Assembly (NCBI RefSeq): GCF_006345805.1
Contig: NC_043000.1
Span: 43,090,001 to 43,154,000 of the forward strand
Origin: Octopus sinensis
Lineage: Eukaryota
Length of the DNA: 64,000 nt
Direction: 5' to 3'
The notes under the pieces are model-generated. The model was not told where the DNA came from, made no database searches, and saw only the letters and a list, made by a program, of their open reading frames with translations. The position numbers were made by a program, and so were the translations under genes. Positions 39,678-52,146 of the stretch are shown one piece after another (position 1 is the first letter of the stretch; each line of letters begins with the position of its first letter).

Positions 39678-40210
39678 AGATACCCATATCTTCATGGCTG
39701 AAACAGCTGTAATATGTAGTTTATATTTATATTTATATTTATTTATATTCACCTATACATATTGTAATTATTGTATCATATTACTCATTGATGTGCATTG
39801 TTTTGTTCTATACTATTATATTTGACCTTGATGTTCATATGTAGTGGTTTAATAAATTATGTGATTGGGTATTATCTGGTAGTTGATTATTGATTAAGGT
39901 ATATTTCTCCATTTTCTTATTTTGTATATATATATATATGCATGTAAGTGTACGCTCGAATATATACAAGCACACATACGCAGCTACATGCATGAGTTTG
40001 TGTGTATGTGTGCATGCTTCTGCAAATATCACTATGTATAAATCTCTGTATATATATACATACATACATGCATATGTCTATATGTATATATATATGTACG
40101 AGCCATCTGTATTCACTGCATTTTTTGTAGCTTATTAAAGATGTCCTCGTACGAAACGATCGTACCGAGATTTTAATCCATTCTTGTTGCTTGTTTCCTA
40201 TTTATATGTA

Positions 40211-40270
<60 letters not shown>

Positions 40271-41344
40271 ATATATATATATACATATATACATATATGT
40301 ATGTATATATATATATATATGTGTACATATAGATATTTTCACACATACACACACACATATGCGCACGCGCACGTACACGCACACATACAGAGAATATAAA
40401 TGTATATAACTTATTCAATCTGATACAAAATTATATCTACATCGAGGATGCATATGATCTAGATTTTTCCCTATCTTTTAACTTCACCTCCTGCACATAA
40501 GCGTACATACATATGTGTGGGATTCTGTGTGTGTATGCGTTTAGAATGGTTAAATCCAATCTTGTTAATGCAAGAATCCATATCAGTAATCTTCATTGTA
40601 TTATGGTATCATCCAGAATTAGATAAGTTTCAAATCAGTTATACTTTCCCTGAAGCAGATTTCGAAGATTATAAATTTTATGCATTTTTTATTCTTAATT
40701 TGCAGTTTATTTTACTTTCCGTTGATAAATGCAATTTTTGGTTTCATAAATTACTCCATATTTCATGTGAAGCAAATTTAAACAGCTAGTGTGGTCTTTT
40801 AGACATTTTAGACATGAAGTTCCGGTACGTCGAATTTTAACTGCATAAAGTTTAGTGTCTAGTATTCCATGTGAATATTACATAAAATGTAATTCGTAGC
40901 GAAATGGCAAAAATTGAACCACTTTAGACGAATATCTTGGCTGTTCGAATTTTCCTGACTGTTCGTATGTTTTAATCTAATAAAAAAAACCTATGGATGC
41001 TATAAACAACGAGCTGGAATTTGTCCAAGTTAACAGCGGTACATCTGAATAATCCTGATACTATTCAGGCAATTAAAACGGAAGATTTGCAAGGATTTTT
41101 CATCTCTCCTCTGTGGGAAGATTCTACACATTCTCCTCTGCTTTCGTGGAAGATGTCATTCCAGTCACTCACAATCCTGAATGTGAGAGATTTTCACAGG
41201 AAAACGTCATGATATCTGAAAACATCCTTTGTTTTAGTTTCAGTTGGAGCATAAACGGCCACTAGTTTAAAGAAGTAGTAAGAAATCTGCTGTGCTGCTG
41301 CTCAGGTGTCACTACTTCCACGCTGACTAGAGATTACATGCAAT

Positions 41345-41710
41345 AAGGCGGCGAGCTGGCAGAAACGTTAGCACGCCGGGCGAAATGCTTAGCAGTATTT
41401 GGTCTGTCTTTACGTTCTGAGTTCAAATTCCGCCGAGGACGACTTTGCCTTTCATCCTTTCGGGGTCGATAAATTAAGTACCAGTTACGTACTGGTGTCG
41501 ATCTAATCGACTGGCTTCCTCCCCAAAAGTTTCGGGCCTTGTGCCTAAAGTAGAAAAGAATAATATTTTGGAAAACATTCCGCCGAGTTTGACTTAACCT
41601 TTCGTCGTTTCGGTCTCGATAAAATAAGTACCAGTTGTATACTGGGGTCGATGTAATCGACTATTCCCTCTCCCAAATTTCAGGCCTTGTGCCTATAGTA
41701 GAAAGGGTTA
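41345..41710 (+). mobile_element. SINE-B full copy plus a partial tandem copy
   Basis: AAGGCGGCGAGCTGGCAGAAACGTTAGCACGCCGGGCGAAATGCTTAGC...GCCTTTCATCCTTTCGGGGTCGATAAATTAAGTACCAG. Confidence 0.88.
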
Positions 41711-42639
41711 TTTTCTTTTGGAGAGTATTTCACCGTGAACTCTTAGCTAATTGTGTTGTTGCAGTTTTTGCTTTTTCGCAGGCACTCCAGCCTATTGACG
41801 AACGAACTTTTCTATCTTCATTGACAAGTACTATTTGATTCCATGGGAGTTTTCATTGAAAAACACTAACGTTGTTGCTCCTTTGTCTAACGCCATGTAT
41901 TACTTTATACAAGACATTATGTTCTTGCTTAAATATAGATATGTCCATCATAAATACTTTGGCATTCGGAACGTAAAGAACCGCTGTAACGATTCCACTT
42001 ATTCACTGTTCCGGACAGCTTTTAAAAATTATCGATGCATGTTAGGGTGATAAACTACGTTGATCACAACCAGTGCTTGCTGTCGTAAGACATGGGCATA
42101 TCGGGCAGTTGCTCAAGGAGCTCACAGATCTAGGGGTCTGATACTGATCTATTCATACTGTGATTACTGTCAATAAATAAATTATACCACGACCACTACC
42201 TAGAGTTGCGCATGCTTCTCATTCAACTTCATGCCAATTCTAGCGTATGTATGCTGCGACTTGCTGTCAATTTATAAATATTATAACTTTATTATATTAT
42301 AAATATTATAGTGCACTGATTTGCCTGGGACTTTATTGGTGTAGGGAGCCTAATTAAGATCTTTGTATGCTGTAACATACTGTCAATAAATAAAGACTAG
42401 AAGAGCCATTGCATTGATTTTTAAGAACCTAATAGGCTAAGAGGCCAACTTCTAATCTATATGGATTGTTGTCGATAAATAGTTCTTATAGCGGCCAGTT
42501 CCTTGAATTGTCCGGGGGTCTATAATACTATAAACGACTTCGATCTCAGCTAGAATTCAATTCAGAAGACAAAGAGACGAAATACATATCATGCGACATT
42601 TTGCAGAGCTCTGAAAATACTACCACTAAACGGTTGACT

Positions 42640-42966
42640 TTAGAAGCACTCCGTCGGTTACGACGACGAGAGTCCCAGCTGATACGATCAACAGAACAGC
42701 CAGCTCGTGAAATTAACGTGCAAGTGGCTGAGCACTCCACAGACACGTGTACCCTTAACGTAGTTCTCAGGGAGACCCAGCGTGACACACAGTGTGACAA
42801 GGCCGGCACTTTGAAATACAGGTACAACTCATTTTTGCCAGCTGAGTGGACTGGAGCAACATGAAATAAAGTGTCTTGCTCAAGGACACAACGCGTCGCT
42901 TGGAATTGAACTCACGACCTTACAATCGTGAGCCGAATGCCTTAACCACTAAGCCACGCGCCTTCA
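42640..42966 (-). mobile_element. tRNA-derived CORE-type SINE (fourth family)
   Basis: Reverse complement GTGAAGGCGCGTGGCTTAGTGGTTAAGGCATTCGG..GAGTTCAATTCC..GTGTCCTTGAGCAAGACACTT (CORE-like). Confidence 0.85.
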
Positions 42967-43065
42967 CAAACGGTTGACTAACGTGTTAATGTAACCCTCG
43001 GCAAACTATGGCAAAAGAAAAACAGATATGCTCATAGCTGGAAGGCGTTTGATCACAAATCTTAA

Positions 43066-43619
<554 letters not shown>

Positions 43620-44299
43620 ACCGATGCCTGACCTGTTGAATTCTTCAGCCACCGGTTCTCAACATACACTGATAAACAGTTTCGCCATGGGCTCTTAGGA
43701 GCACAGTTCGATTGTTTTGCTCTGCCTCTGTTCTGTTTTTGTTTTTCCAACGGATTTCCTTTTTTCTTCCTGAAGAGAAAGACACAATATGGTCCCATTA
43801 TTCAATCGGATTTTGGTAATTTGTGCCTTTCGAAACACGTGTAGAATGAAATAAAACGATTTCTGTTCAATCTGCGTTCAGCTCCATTTCTTCAATTCAC
43901 CAATAATGTTTTAATTTCAATTATCCGCACCAACGCACGGTTGCAACGCCAGATGGTTGTACCTCCAACCGTGCTGTTCACTGCTGTGATTTTTGCTACT
44001 AAGGTATCGGTTAAACTTTTGATTAATCTACTACAAGATTATTCATCTTTCTATTTCTCATATATATATATATATGTATATATGTGTGTGTGTATGCCTC
44101 AGTGTGAGAAATAGAGAAGGAAAATAAACAAGGAGTCGAACATATTAAATTATTGTGTTTTAAAATTAATATCTCTATAATTAAGAAATATTAAATTAAC
44201 ATCTTTCCAAATTGTTTTTAATCAGAGAGACAAACAGTTTTTTTTTTTTTGGTATGCTGTTTCTTTCGTCTTTGCTTCTTTTGTTTTTAACAGTTTTAT

Positions 44300-44560
44300 T
44301 CGCATATTTTATTTCCTCAGCAACATCTTTTTATTGTTTTTTCTTTCTAATCATGATTTTTCTAATTTCTCTTTCTTATATTCTTGTTCTTACTCCACTT
44401 ACTTTCGTTTTCCTTATATTTTACTTGTATGTCTTGTTGCTGTTATGCTTTCCTTTTTTATTATCGTGTACTTCCTTCCCCACCTTCCCTTCCACCCCCT
44501 CTTCCCTCTCCTTCCTTTTCTTGATTATCTTTTTGTGGTCGGACAGGTACAACAACAGCA

Positions 44561-44610
<50 letters not shown>

Positions 44611-44860
44611 CATCACTTTTTAAAATTTTTCCTTTATTTTCTTTTCGGATTCTTTTCTTTTTGTCATGATGATAATGATGACGACGATGATGATGATGAT
44701 GAGCATCCTCATCACCATACTGCAAAATTCGTCGCCGTTGATGTCAACCTCATCATCTTCATTATTAACATTTTCCTTACCGACTTCTTCATATTCTTTG
44801 CCTCGTTGTCCTTCACTCAATTCTCTGTCTTCCTCATCTCTTCATCGATTGTATAGTTGC
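44300..44860. repeat. Pyrimidine-rich low-complexity tract with (CTA)n and (GAT)n
   Basis: Direct reading; explains the 214-aa F/L/Y/D ORF. Confidence 0.8.
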
Positions 44861-45017
44861 AATATTCCGTCTGTATCCATGGTATGTCTGTATTTATGTT
44901 TTGTACTCACATTAAGTTTAAATTAAGTTATAAACTCTTATATTGTCACAGCGTTTGAAACTTCGTAATTTATTGTTCATTTTGTCTAACGTAAGTTTTT
45001 ATTGGTTGATCATAGAA

Positions 45018-45376
45018 TTAAAATTTCGTGACGTCACAGACCATTACTCAGTTATGCTCTGCTCACTGGTGTAATTGGACACACGCACCCACCTCTCTCT
45101 CTCATACACAAAAAGCCAGTTCCATTCCAACCAGAATATAATTTTATTATTAAATATTATTTAAATTAGCTATATGACAGACTTCACTGCGTATGAGTAA
45201 CATTTTATTATTCTTTTGTTGTTTGATAAATAAACAAATATGTTCTTTTATTTTGTTAGCTTTTTAGTATTATAGTTATTTCGATATATTCACAAATTCT
45301 AAGAAAACGACAGACGGTATGAATTACAATTTCGTGACGTCATAGACTATAACTCAGTGAATCTCTGTTTACTGGT

Positions 45377-45437
<61 letters not shown>

Positions 45438-45640
45438 AGTACATGTATACATGTGTTCATATATATATATATAGAATGTATGTATGTTTTTATCTAAAAT
45501 ATTATTTTATTATTAAATATTAGTCAAAATTAACTGTATGATAGAATTTGCAGCCTAAAAATACATTTTTTGTTATTATTCTTTTGCAGTTTGAAAAATA
45601 AAACATATTTTGTTTTATTTTTATTAAGTCTTCCTTTTTG
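45018..45640. repeat. Old degenerate tandem duplication (~310-370 bp)
   Basis: AATTTCGTGACGTCA..ACTCAGT..ACTGGTG and TTTTATTATTAAATATT each occur twice. Confidence 0.65.
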
Positions 45641-47629
45641 AAATAGTTTACTGTATCTACGAACTTTAAACAGTGTCTAGAATAATGTAATGTTTATAAA
45701 TGATATTGTTATAACGATGTCTGCTATTTGGATAATGTTTTCTAAACGATATTGTTAGACCTGTGTCTGGTAGTTTTGTAATGTTTTATAAAAAAAAATA
45801 TTGCTATAATCTTTTCTGGTAGATGGGTTATTTTATGAAAGATACTTTTATGACTATCTCGTATCAAGAAATGTTTTTGCTGGTTATTATTATATAAATA
45901 TTTGTGAGAATATATCGACTGTAAAGAGGACCGCTTCTTGTTGATTGCTAGTAAAGGTTGTCAGCCTTAGTTTTCCAATCATTCTGGTACCTCATCTGTA
46001 GAAAATGACCTACTTGGTATAGCTTACTGATATATGCAATAGAAAAACTATGTTTAATCAATGTTTCAATCCTTTGATCATTGAACTGGTGAGTTGATAG
46101 AGACATTTGAAAGTCTGAGAGAATACATAGCGGTATTTCTCTGAGCATTCTGCTAACTGAGTTCAACTCCCGTCCAGATCGACTTTTTTAAAGTCACTAT
46201 ACAATAAACAATTTACATGTCTTGTTTTGAAACTGATTTCTCGGTTTTTCTTAAAAAACAATTAGCTGTGGTTAGGCTTCAAGCGAGATGTGCCCTGCTA
46301 GATTTTAATGCCCAAGATACTCTGTGTGTTACAACCGAACCTCTTCAAGTCTATCGTGAATTGGGAATCCAACGCCAGCGCTTATTTCCATTCATTTTTG
46401 AGTAAATAACGTGAATGGATATGAGAATGTGACTTGGCAAACTGAATAGAAATTTTGAACAATCACTTGAGGTATTAATATTTCATATTTAGCCACTGAC
46501 AGTTCACAGCAAGGTAAACTTATCTTGTCTAGTGTTGCTATATTTTAATGTTTTGTCAGCTCGCATGACATTTTCGGAGTCTCTGTAATTGGCGAAGGAG
46601 AGGAAAGAAGAAACCACAGCTTACGAGTTTCTGTAATTTGTATCAACGTGATGCCCGGCATGACCACAGTTTAATGACTGAAACAAATAAAAAATACAGC
46701 TATTCTCATACCCGAGATGTAGGCTGAAATCTTGTGAGTAAACGTCGCTAGAAGCACTCAGCTATTATAATTCTGGTTTATGTCTTGCTGTTGCTACTTA
46801 ACATAATATCATCCATGATCTATCAGCCCTATGATGTCAGCTGTGATATCATAACGTCTTTGTCCTACGTACAGTGAAACCAAATTTGTGATGTGTAATT
46901 TTATTAAACGGTAGAGTATAATTTGGTGAAATTTTGCTACTGTTTCAAGATCATTTAGAAATTCCATCGTAGACTAGAATCTTAATGATTTACAGCTGTG
47001 ACTAATTCTAATGGGTTGTTGTTCCTGCTTTTGTGTATTTTATTTTGCTACAAGTCAACCCTCTTCATGCAAACTTAGAATTACATACTAGTTGCAATTA
47101 TCCCATTTTAGTTACAGACAAAATGTACTTAGAACACATTATCTGTTATATCTTTTCTTTTTAAGGTCGTACGATGTGATTTTAATGGGAATTTCTTAGC
47201 TATTTCTTCTAAAGAAACGTCCCCATAGACTCTCCATCGTTGATTCGAAAACAATGTATCCGAACATAGGATAATAAACACAATTTAAGTTGTACAACGG
47301 GATAAATTTTGTATACCTTACCGATTGTTAACTAGAAGCATTGATTTCAGCTGCTTCTTTGGCAAGCCAATGAAGCAGCTAGTACATTGTCATTTAATTG
47401 CGTTGATTTGATCAAAAATAACAGCCAAATCTTTCATAAAATGTGTTTATGCATTAAATACTGTAATTTTACAAATTCATAGAATTTTCGGAAACTTTAC
47501 GATTGATTCGTCCGATTTTATAACTGCGTAACCGTTTACAATATGTTCGTCTTACCTAATGAATATAGAAAATCTTGGAAGGATTTACACTAAATTCTAG
47601 CACTGAAAGTTACGCAAACAGCAGAACAG

Positions 47630-47965
47630 GGCGACACTGAGTGGCTCCAAAGATCCCAGCATCACCATTAAGATATAGGACCAGATACTGCAACATCTTG
47701 GGTTTCAAGGGACCATAGCTCTTCAATATACACCACCAAACCCTGACAGACCTGCATGAGGTGGATGTAGGTGTCTTCAAGACGAAAATGGATCTCCCCC
47801 TGTGAAATATTCCAGACAAGCCTATTTCACGGCAGAAAGCACAGATGAATCTAGCTGCATCACCCACCTCATTCACCAAATGTTACACATCAGAGGAGGT
47901 TGGTAGCAAAGCTAACGGCGTTGCCCCAGCATGGTTGCAGTTCTCCAGATGAAACTAGTAAAAGA
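47630..47965 (+). mobile_element. 3' end of a CR1/L2-group LINE (ORF2 C-terminus and tail)
   Basis: PKIPASPLRYRTRYCNILGFKGP*LFNIHHQTLTDLHEVDVGVFKTKMDLPL*NIPDKP fits the GPxLFNxLP..FKxKLDxxLxxIPDxP C-terminal pattern. Confidence 0.7.
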
Positions 47966-48278
47966 GTTAACGGATTGTGTTTTACATATTTTAAAGATGG
48001 CTGAGTGCGGTATAATTGACTCGAGTCACTCTTTCTCGTATATCTGGAGATTGCTAAGGGACCTTCGTCGGTAGCAGTCCCATTGTTGTTATATTCAAGA
48101 TTCAACGTAGAAGTTTCTCGGATCAACGAAGACTCCTTAATTTGGAAAAATGAAGTCATAAGAATACAAACTGGATCAAAGACTGGGATGTTTATAACAA
48201 TGGTATCAAGGTTACATTGTGTTAATAAAAACAATGACGAGAGAAACATCAATAACAAGAACAAAAAAAAGTAAATAA

Positions 48279-48314
48279 GCGCAGGAGTGGCTGTGTGGTA
48301 AGTAGCTTGCTAAC
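48279..48314 (+). mobile_element. SINE-A 5' head upstream of element B
   Basis: GCGCAGGAGTGGCTGTGTGGTAAGTAGCTTGCTAAC. Confidence 0.9.
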
Positions 48315-48795
48315 CTCACTGACAGAAGAGTGACTTTGCCTACCGTACTACGGTTTGGACGCGTTTTCTTCCCGGTAAGAGTTTTGCTGTGTTGTTAATT
48401 GTTGAATTCCTACTACTGAAAATTTGCCTTTAAACGTTGCTGATCTGTCTTGTTATCCGGTTTTACCGGGAAATAATTGAATAATTTCTTACCGTTGAAC
48501 TGTTAGCCACTGTGGCTTTTTATTTACGTGACTATACATAGTCCTGCCAGACTATTTTCGTGCCCCTCCCCCGAATGCGGGTAGGAATTGGAATTTTTGA
48601 ACTGCTTTTTTGAACTACTTTGGAAGAAAAACTTTCTATAGGTTTCCCAGTTTTGTGGGAAACCAATACTTGTAATTTTTGTGTTGTCTAATTTCAACAG
48701 AATAATATCTGTTGAAATTATTCACGAAAGTAGTGCTCTTGAGGAGAGCAATGTTAAAAAATTTTCTGAGGTAGCCGCAGTGGCTACCGAGAAAA

Positions 48796-49710
48796 TTGAC
48801 ATCGATGTCAACCAGCTCGTCGAGCTATTTAAAAAAAATGCAAGAGGAGGGTGGTGATGTTAAAATATCACCCTCCGCCAGTATCGTGGAGACCGAGAAG
48901 CGGACCGTAGTGTTTAAAACTTTCTGTCCACAAAGCAGAAGGTTCAAACACTTTGAAAAAAGTACCATCGAGAAATGCCTGTCCCCGATTTGGAAGGACA
49001 TCGTGTACGTCGCCAGGGGACGGGCATATGGCACTGTGGATGTCCGCTTCTCGGGGGAAGAAATGGCCCGCGGGCATTCTGTAAACCCCCTAAAAACCAA
49101 GGAGGTGGTACTTTTTCCAAGCTATAGGGGACGCAGGTCGTCCCGGGTCAGGATTGTAGAAGCCCCGCCGGAAGTAGATCCGGTAGAGGTAGTGGCTGCC
49201 CTATTATATAAAAGGGCGGACAAAATAAAAATACTAGAAGTAACATGCTCTACCCCTCGATTTTGGCTCGGGCGTAACATTAATATATTAATTCAAGGAA
49301 CAGCGGAGGACCTACAGCTCCTTCCTGAGAGGGTGCTCGTGGGCGAGAACGTAGCCCTCAGGGTACAGGTCGAAGGCCGAAAACCCACCTGTTACGCCTG
49401 CGGCAAAAAGGGCTACATTCGTGTAGACTATCCAGACAAGCAAAAGAAACCGCAGACACCAGGCCCCTCAGATAATAAAAAAGTCCCTACCCTTGCAAAC
49501 ACACCTACTCCTACAAAAAAATCCCACTCCTGCTGTTACGGTGCCACCCCAAAACAGACTGAAGAAAAAAACCCAGCCCTCGCACTCACAAACCCCTACA
49601 CTATTAAAACCTCCCACCCACCTAAAAACTGCGGCGCCTACCGAACAAACTATTGCTACCCCAGACGATACCATGGAGGTATCAGAGGGGGGATTTACAC
49701 CAGTTCGTAA
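48796..49710 (+). CDS. ORF1p of element B (degenerate zinc knuckle, frameshifted ends)
   Basis: VEGRKPTCYACGKKGYIRVDYP is CX2CX4HX4C with H>Y and C>Y; homologous to element A ORF1. C-terminal part continues in other frames to about 50102. Confidence 0.8.
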   Translation: MTSMSTSSSSYLKKMQEEGGDVKISPSASIVETEKRTVVFKTFCPQSRRFKHFEKSTIEKCLSPIWKDIVYVARGRAYGTVDVRFSGEEMARGHSVNPLKTKEVVLFPSYRGRRSSRVRIVEAPPEVDPVEVVAALLYKRADKIKILEVTCSTPRFWLGRNINILIQGTAEDLQLLPERVLVGENVALRVQVEGRKPTCYACGKKGYIRVDYPDKQKKPQTPGPSDNKKVPTLANTPTPTKKSHSCCYGATPKQTEEKNPALALTNPYTIKTSHPPKNCGAYRTNYCYPRRYHGGIRGGIYTSS

Positions 49711-50119
49711 AAGAATTCGTGCAGCATCCCCGTCCACATCCCCTACAAAAAATAATAAAAACAAAGACACACCACAGACACGGAAAAAAAATCCCGTTCA
49801 ACTGGCCCAGAAAAAGAAGACAAGAAAGAAAATGAACTCATATTAATTGAATTCGACACACAAGACAAATACATAAACGATATTGTGGTTCAGCATCAGT
49901 CAGCAAGACTGTACAACAAATACAAAATCGAAATAGACACGCGTGGATTGCGGAAACAACGTTCAAACAATTAAAAGACAGACACCCAAACGCCATCCGG
50001 CATGTCGCGAAATTGCCGGACTATCTGAAGAAAGAGGAGAAAGAAGGGGCCCACAAACGTGTGGTGAGGTCGGCCCCCACCTCTCCAACGAAATGTAAGT
50101 AGAACTTTTACTTTTTGTA

Positions 50120-51943
50120 ATGGCTTCGCTTAACCTTGGTTGTTTAAATGTGCGTGGTCTGAGTTCGAAGTGGAAGCAGGCTTGTTTCCTCGACGACCTC
50201 AGATCACATGATATACATGTGATGGTTGCTACAGAGACCAAGCTGGACAGCCTACAAACCTTCTCGCCTCTCCTGAATGGCTACGAGAAAATCATGTCTC
50301 CTGGCCAGACCGGAGGGCGAGGGGGCGTAGTGGTACTGATCCGTAAAGACTTGGCTCTACAGACAAGTACAGTCTATGTAGACCCAGAAGGTGGGCTGGT
50401 CGTCCTTGATATGACATACAGCAGTAAGGCCTTCAGGTTGATCGGACTCTATGCACCTTGTGCTAGAGGTTTCCAAACTGATTTTTATCGGCGCCTAGAG
50501 GGCTTTCTCGTGACGTCGAAGACTTTAGTGATATTAGGGGACTTTAATGCTATCGTTGACGTACACATCGATAGCGTTGGCTCGATCTATAGGAAAGTGA
50601 ACTCACGTCTCGTGGATCTGCTTAAGCGGTTTCAGCTAGCAGATCGTTTCAGACTTGACCATCCGAACGTCCCAGAGTGGACCTGGATGAGTGGCGACGG
50701 AAGATTCAAGTCTTATCTAGACAGGATAGTGATAAGAACTAGAGATAAGTCTAGTTTTAGTTGTCCACAGCTCGTCCAGGTGCCCTATACTGACCATAGA
50801 ATGGTCACGTGTAGACTGGACATAGATAGCACACTTAAGATAGGAACCGGCTACTGGAAGCTGAACAAGTCTATTTTGACACGCGAGGCATACGGTAGCC
50901 GGATTAAGGTGTTAGTGCAGAGGGCGTTAACCGGAGCCGTGGTTAATAACCGGTGGTGCTTCACCCTCAAAAGAGCCATTCGATTCGAGTCCATTAGATT
51001 TAGTAAACAACTAAGACTAGATAGGGCTAGAATAGAAGGGCAACTAGTTAAGAACTTAGAGGAGGCGTTGAGGTTGGGCTCTGCATCTCACATTTTAGCG
51101 GCGAGAACGGCATTAGACCGTCACCTCAAAACCAAACATGAGGGATGTAGAGTCCGGGCTAAAGTACGAGCATTGGGCCGTGAGGGAATTAATGTTGCCG
51201 GATGGGCCCGTACGATAGAAACACAGCGTGGAAACGATGCCACAATTGGGTCTCTTGTTGATGAAAACGGATGCACGATCAAGAAGCGGGACGAGATGTG
51301 TGAGGCACTTCACAAGCACTTCGCCGAGTTGTTCGGGAGGTGCGGGACGCTGGATCATGGTGAGGCCCTTAGGGACTTCCTGTCTGGTGGCCCGCGCCTC
51401 TCGACACGAGAGACTGAGTGCTGTGAAGGGCCAATCACAGCCGAGGAAGTAATCGAGGTAATGGGCAAGTGCCCCGGGGAGAAGTCGCTGGGTCTCGATG
51501 GTCTGCCCTATGAATTTTATAGAAGTATGCCAGACTTGTTCGGGCACCTGCTGGCTAGCGTCTACGCCAACTGGCAGCAGAATGGGAGAATTCCCAAGTC
51601 TGCGAGCCGGGGGGCGGTGACGTTGATCAGGAAGGACCCGAACAAGGGGGACGAGATAGGGAACTTCAGGCCCATAACTCTGTTAAACACAGAGTTAAAG
51701 ATTCTGGCCAAGGTGCTAGCAAAAAGGTCGGCGCGGGTCGTAGACAAACTTGTCGGGGAAGCGCAATCGTGCGCTATCCCCGGCAGAACGATCCACGACA
51801 ATCTCCACCTTATACGCTACTCCTTAGAGAGGGTGGGGAAGCTTTCTGGCGCAGGGGGAGCACTGGTACATTTAGACCAGTCCAAGCATTTGATAGGGTC
51901 GACCATCGGTACCTGGCGGTGGTCCTCGGAGAGGCTGGCCTAG
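50120..51943 (+). CDS. ORF2p of element B: APE-like endonuclease and N-terminal reverse transcriptase (pseudogenised)
   Basis: EN motifs LNVRGL, TETK, YAP, GDFN, YLDRI, TDH; RT motifs GLDGLPYEFY, FRPITLLN..KILAK, LDQSK/AFDRVDH (1-bp frameshift near 51889). Truncated before the catalytic YADD-type motif. Confidence 0.93.
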   Translation: MASLNLGCLNVRGLSSKWKQACFLDDLRSHDIHVMVATETKLDSLQTFSPLLNGYEKIMSPGQTGGRGGVVVLIRKDLALQTSTVYVDPEGGLVVLDMTYSSKAFRLIGLYAPCARGFQTDFYRRLEGFLVTSKTLVILGDFNAIVDVHIDSVGSIYRKVNSRLVDLLKRFQLADRFRLDHPNVPEWTWMSGDGRFKSYLDRIVIRTRDKSSFSCPQLVQVPYTDHRMVTCRLDIDSTLKIGTGYWKLNKSILTREAYGSRIKVLVQRALTGAVVNNRWCFTLKRAIRFESIRFSKQLRLDRARIEGQLVKNLEEALRLGSASHILAARTALDRHLKTKHEGCRVRAKVRALGREGINVAGWARTIETQRGNDATIGSLVDENGCTIKKRDEMCEALHKHFAELFGRCGTLDHGEALRDFLSGGPRLSTRETECCEGPITAEEVIEVMGKCPGEKSLGLDGLPYEFYRSMPDLFGHLLASVYANWQQNGRIPKSASRGAVTLIRKDPNKGDEIGNFRPITLLNTELKILAKVLAKRSARVVDKLVGEAQSCAIPGRTIHDNLHLIRYSLERVGKLSGAGGALVHLDQSKHLIGSTIGTWRWSSERLA

Positions 51944-52002
51944 GCCCGACCTTTCGAGGTTGGATCGCTGCTTTGTATAGCGACATCGAGTCTGTAGTCA
52001 AA

Positions 52003-52086
52003 GTCTTCTGCTATAGCTACGGGCCGACCAATGCCTTGTGAGTGGATTTGGTAGACGGAAACTGAAAGAAGCCTGTCGTATATATG

Positions 52087-52146
<60 letters not shown>

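Larger units (their letters stand above)
48315..52002 (+). mobile_element. Tx1/L1-clade non-LTR retrotransposon 'B' (5' leader, ORF1, ORF2 EN and partial RT), 3'-deleted
   Basis: Two-ORF layout with an APE-type endonuclease; RT breaks off at ...LYSDIESVVKV, fused to the SINE-A body. Confidence 0.92.

Noticed and set aside
44212-44856. 214-aa hydrophobic ORF
   Set aside because: Pyrimidine-rich low complexity plus (CTA)n and (GAT)n.
46217-46405. TTEPLQVYRELGIQRQRLFPFIF resembling the RT motif TEPFxVxxGLRQGxxLSPxLF
   Set aside because: A single weak motif with no neighbouring RT motifs found.
48279-48330. Alternative idea that the SINE head is simply part of the Tx1 5' end
   Set aside because: At element A the SINE continues colinearly after a TSD on the far side, which shows insertion into a pre-existing SINE.
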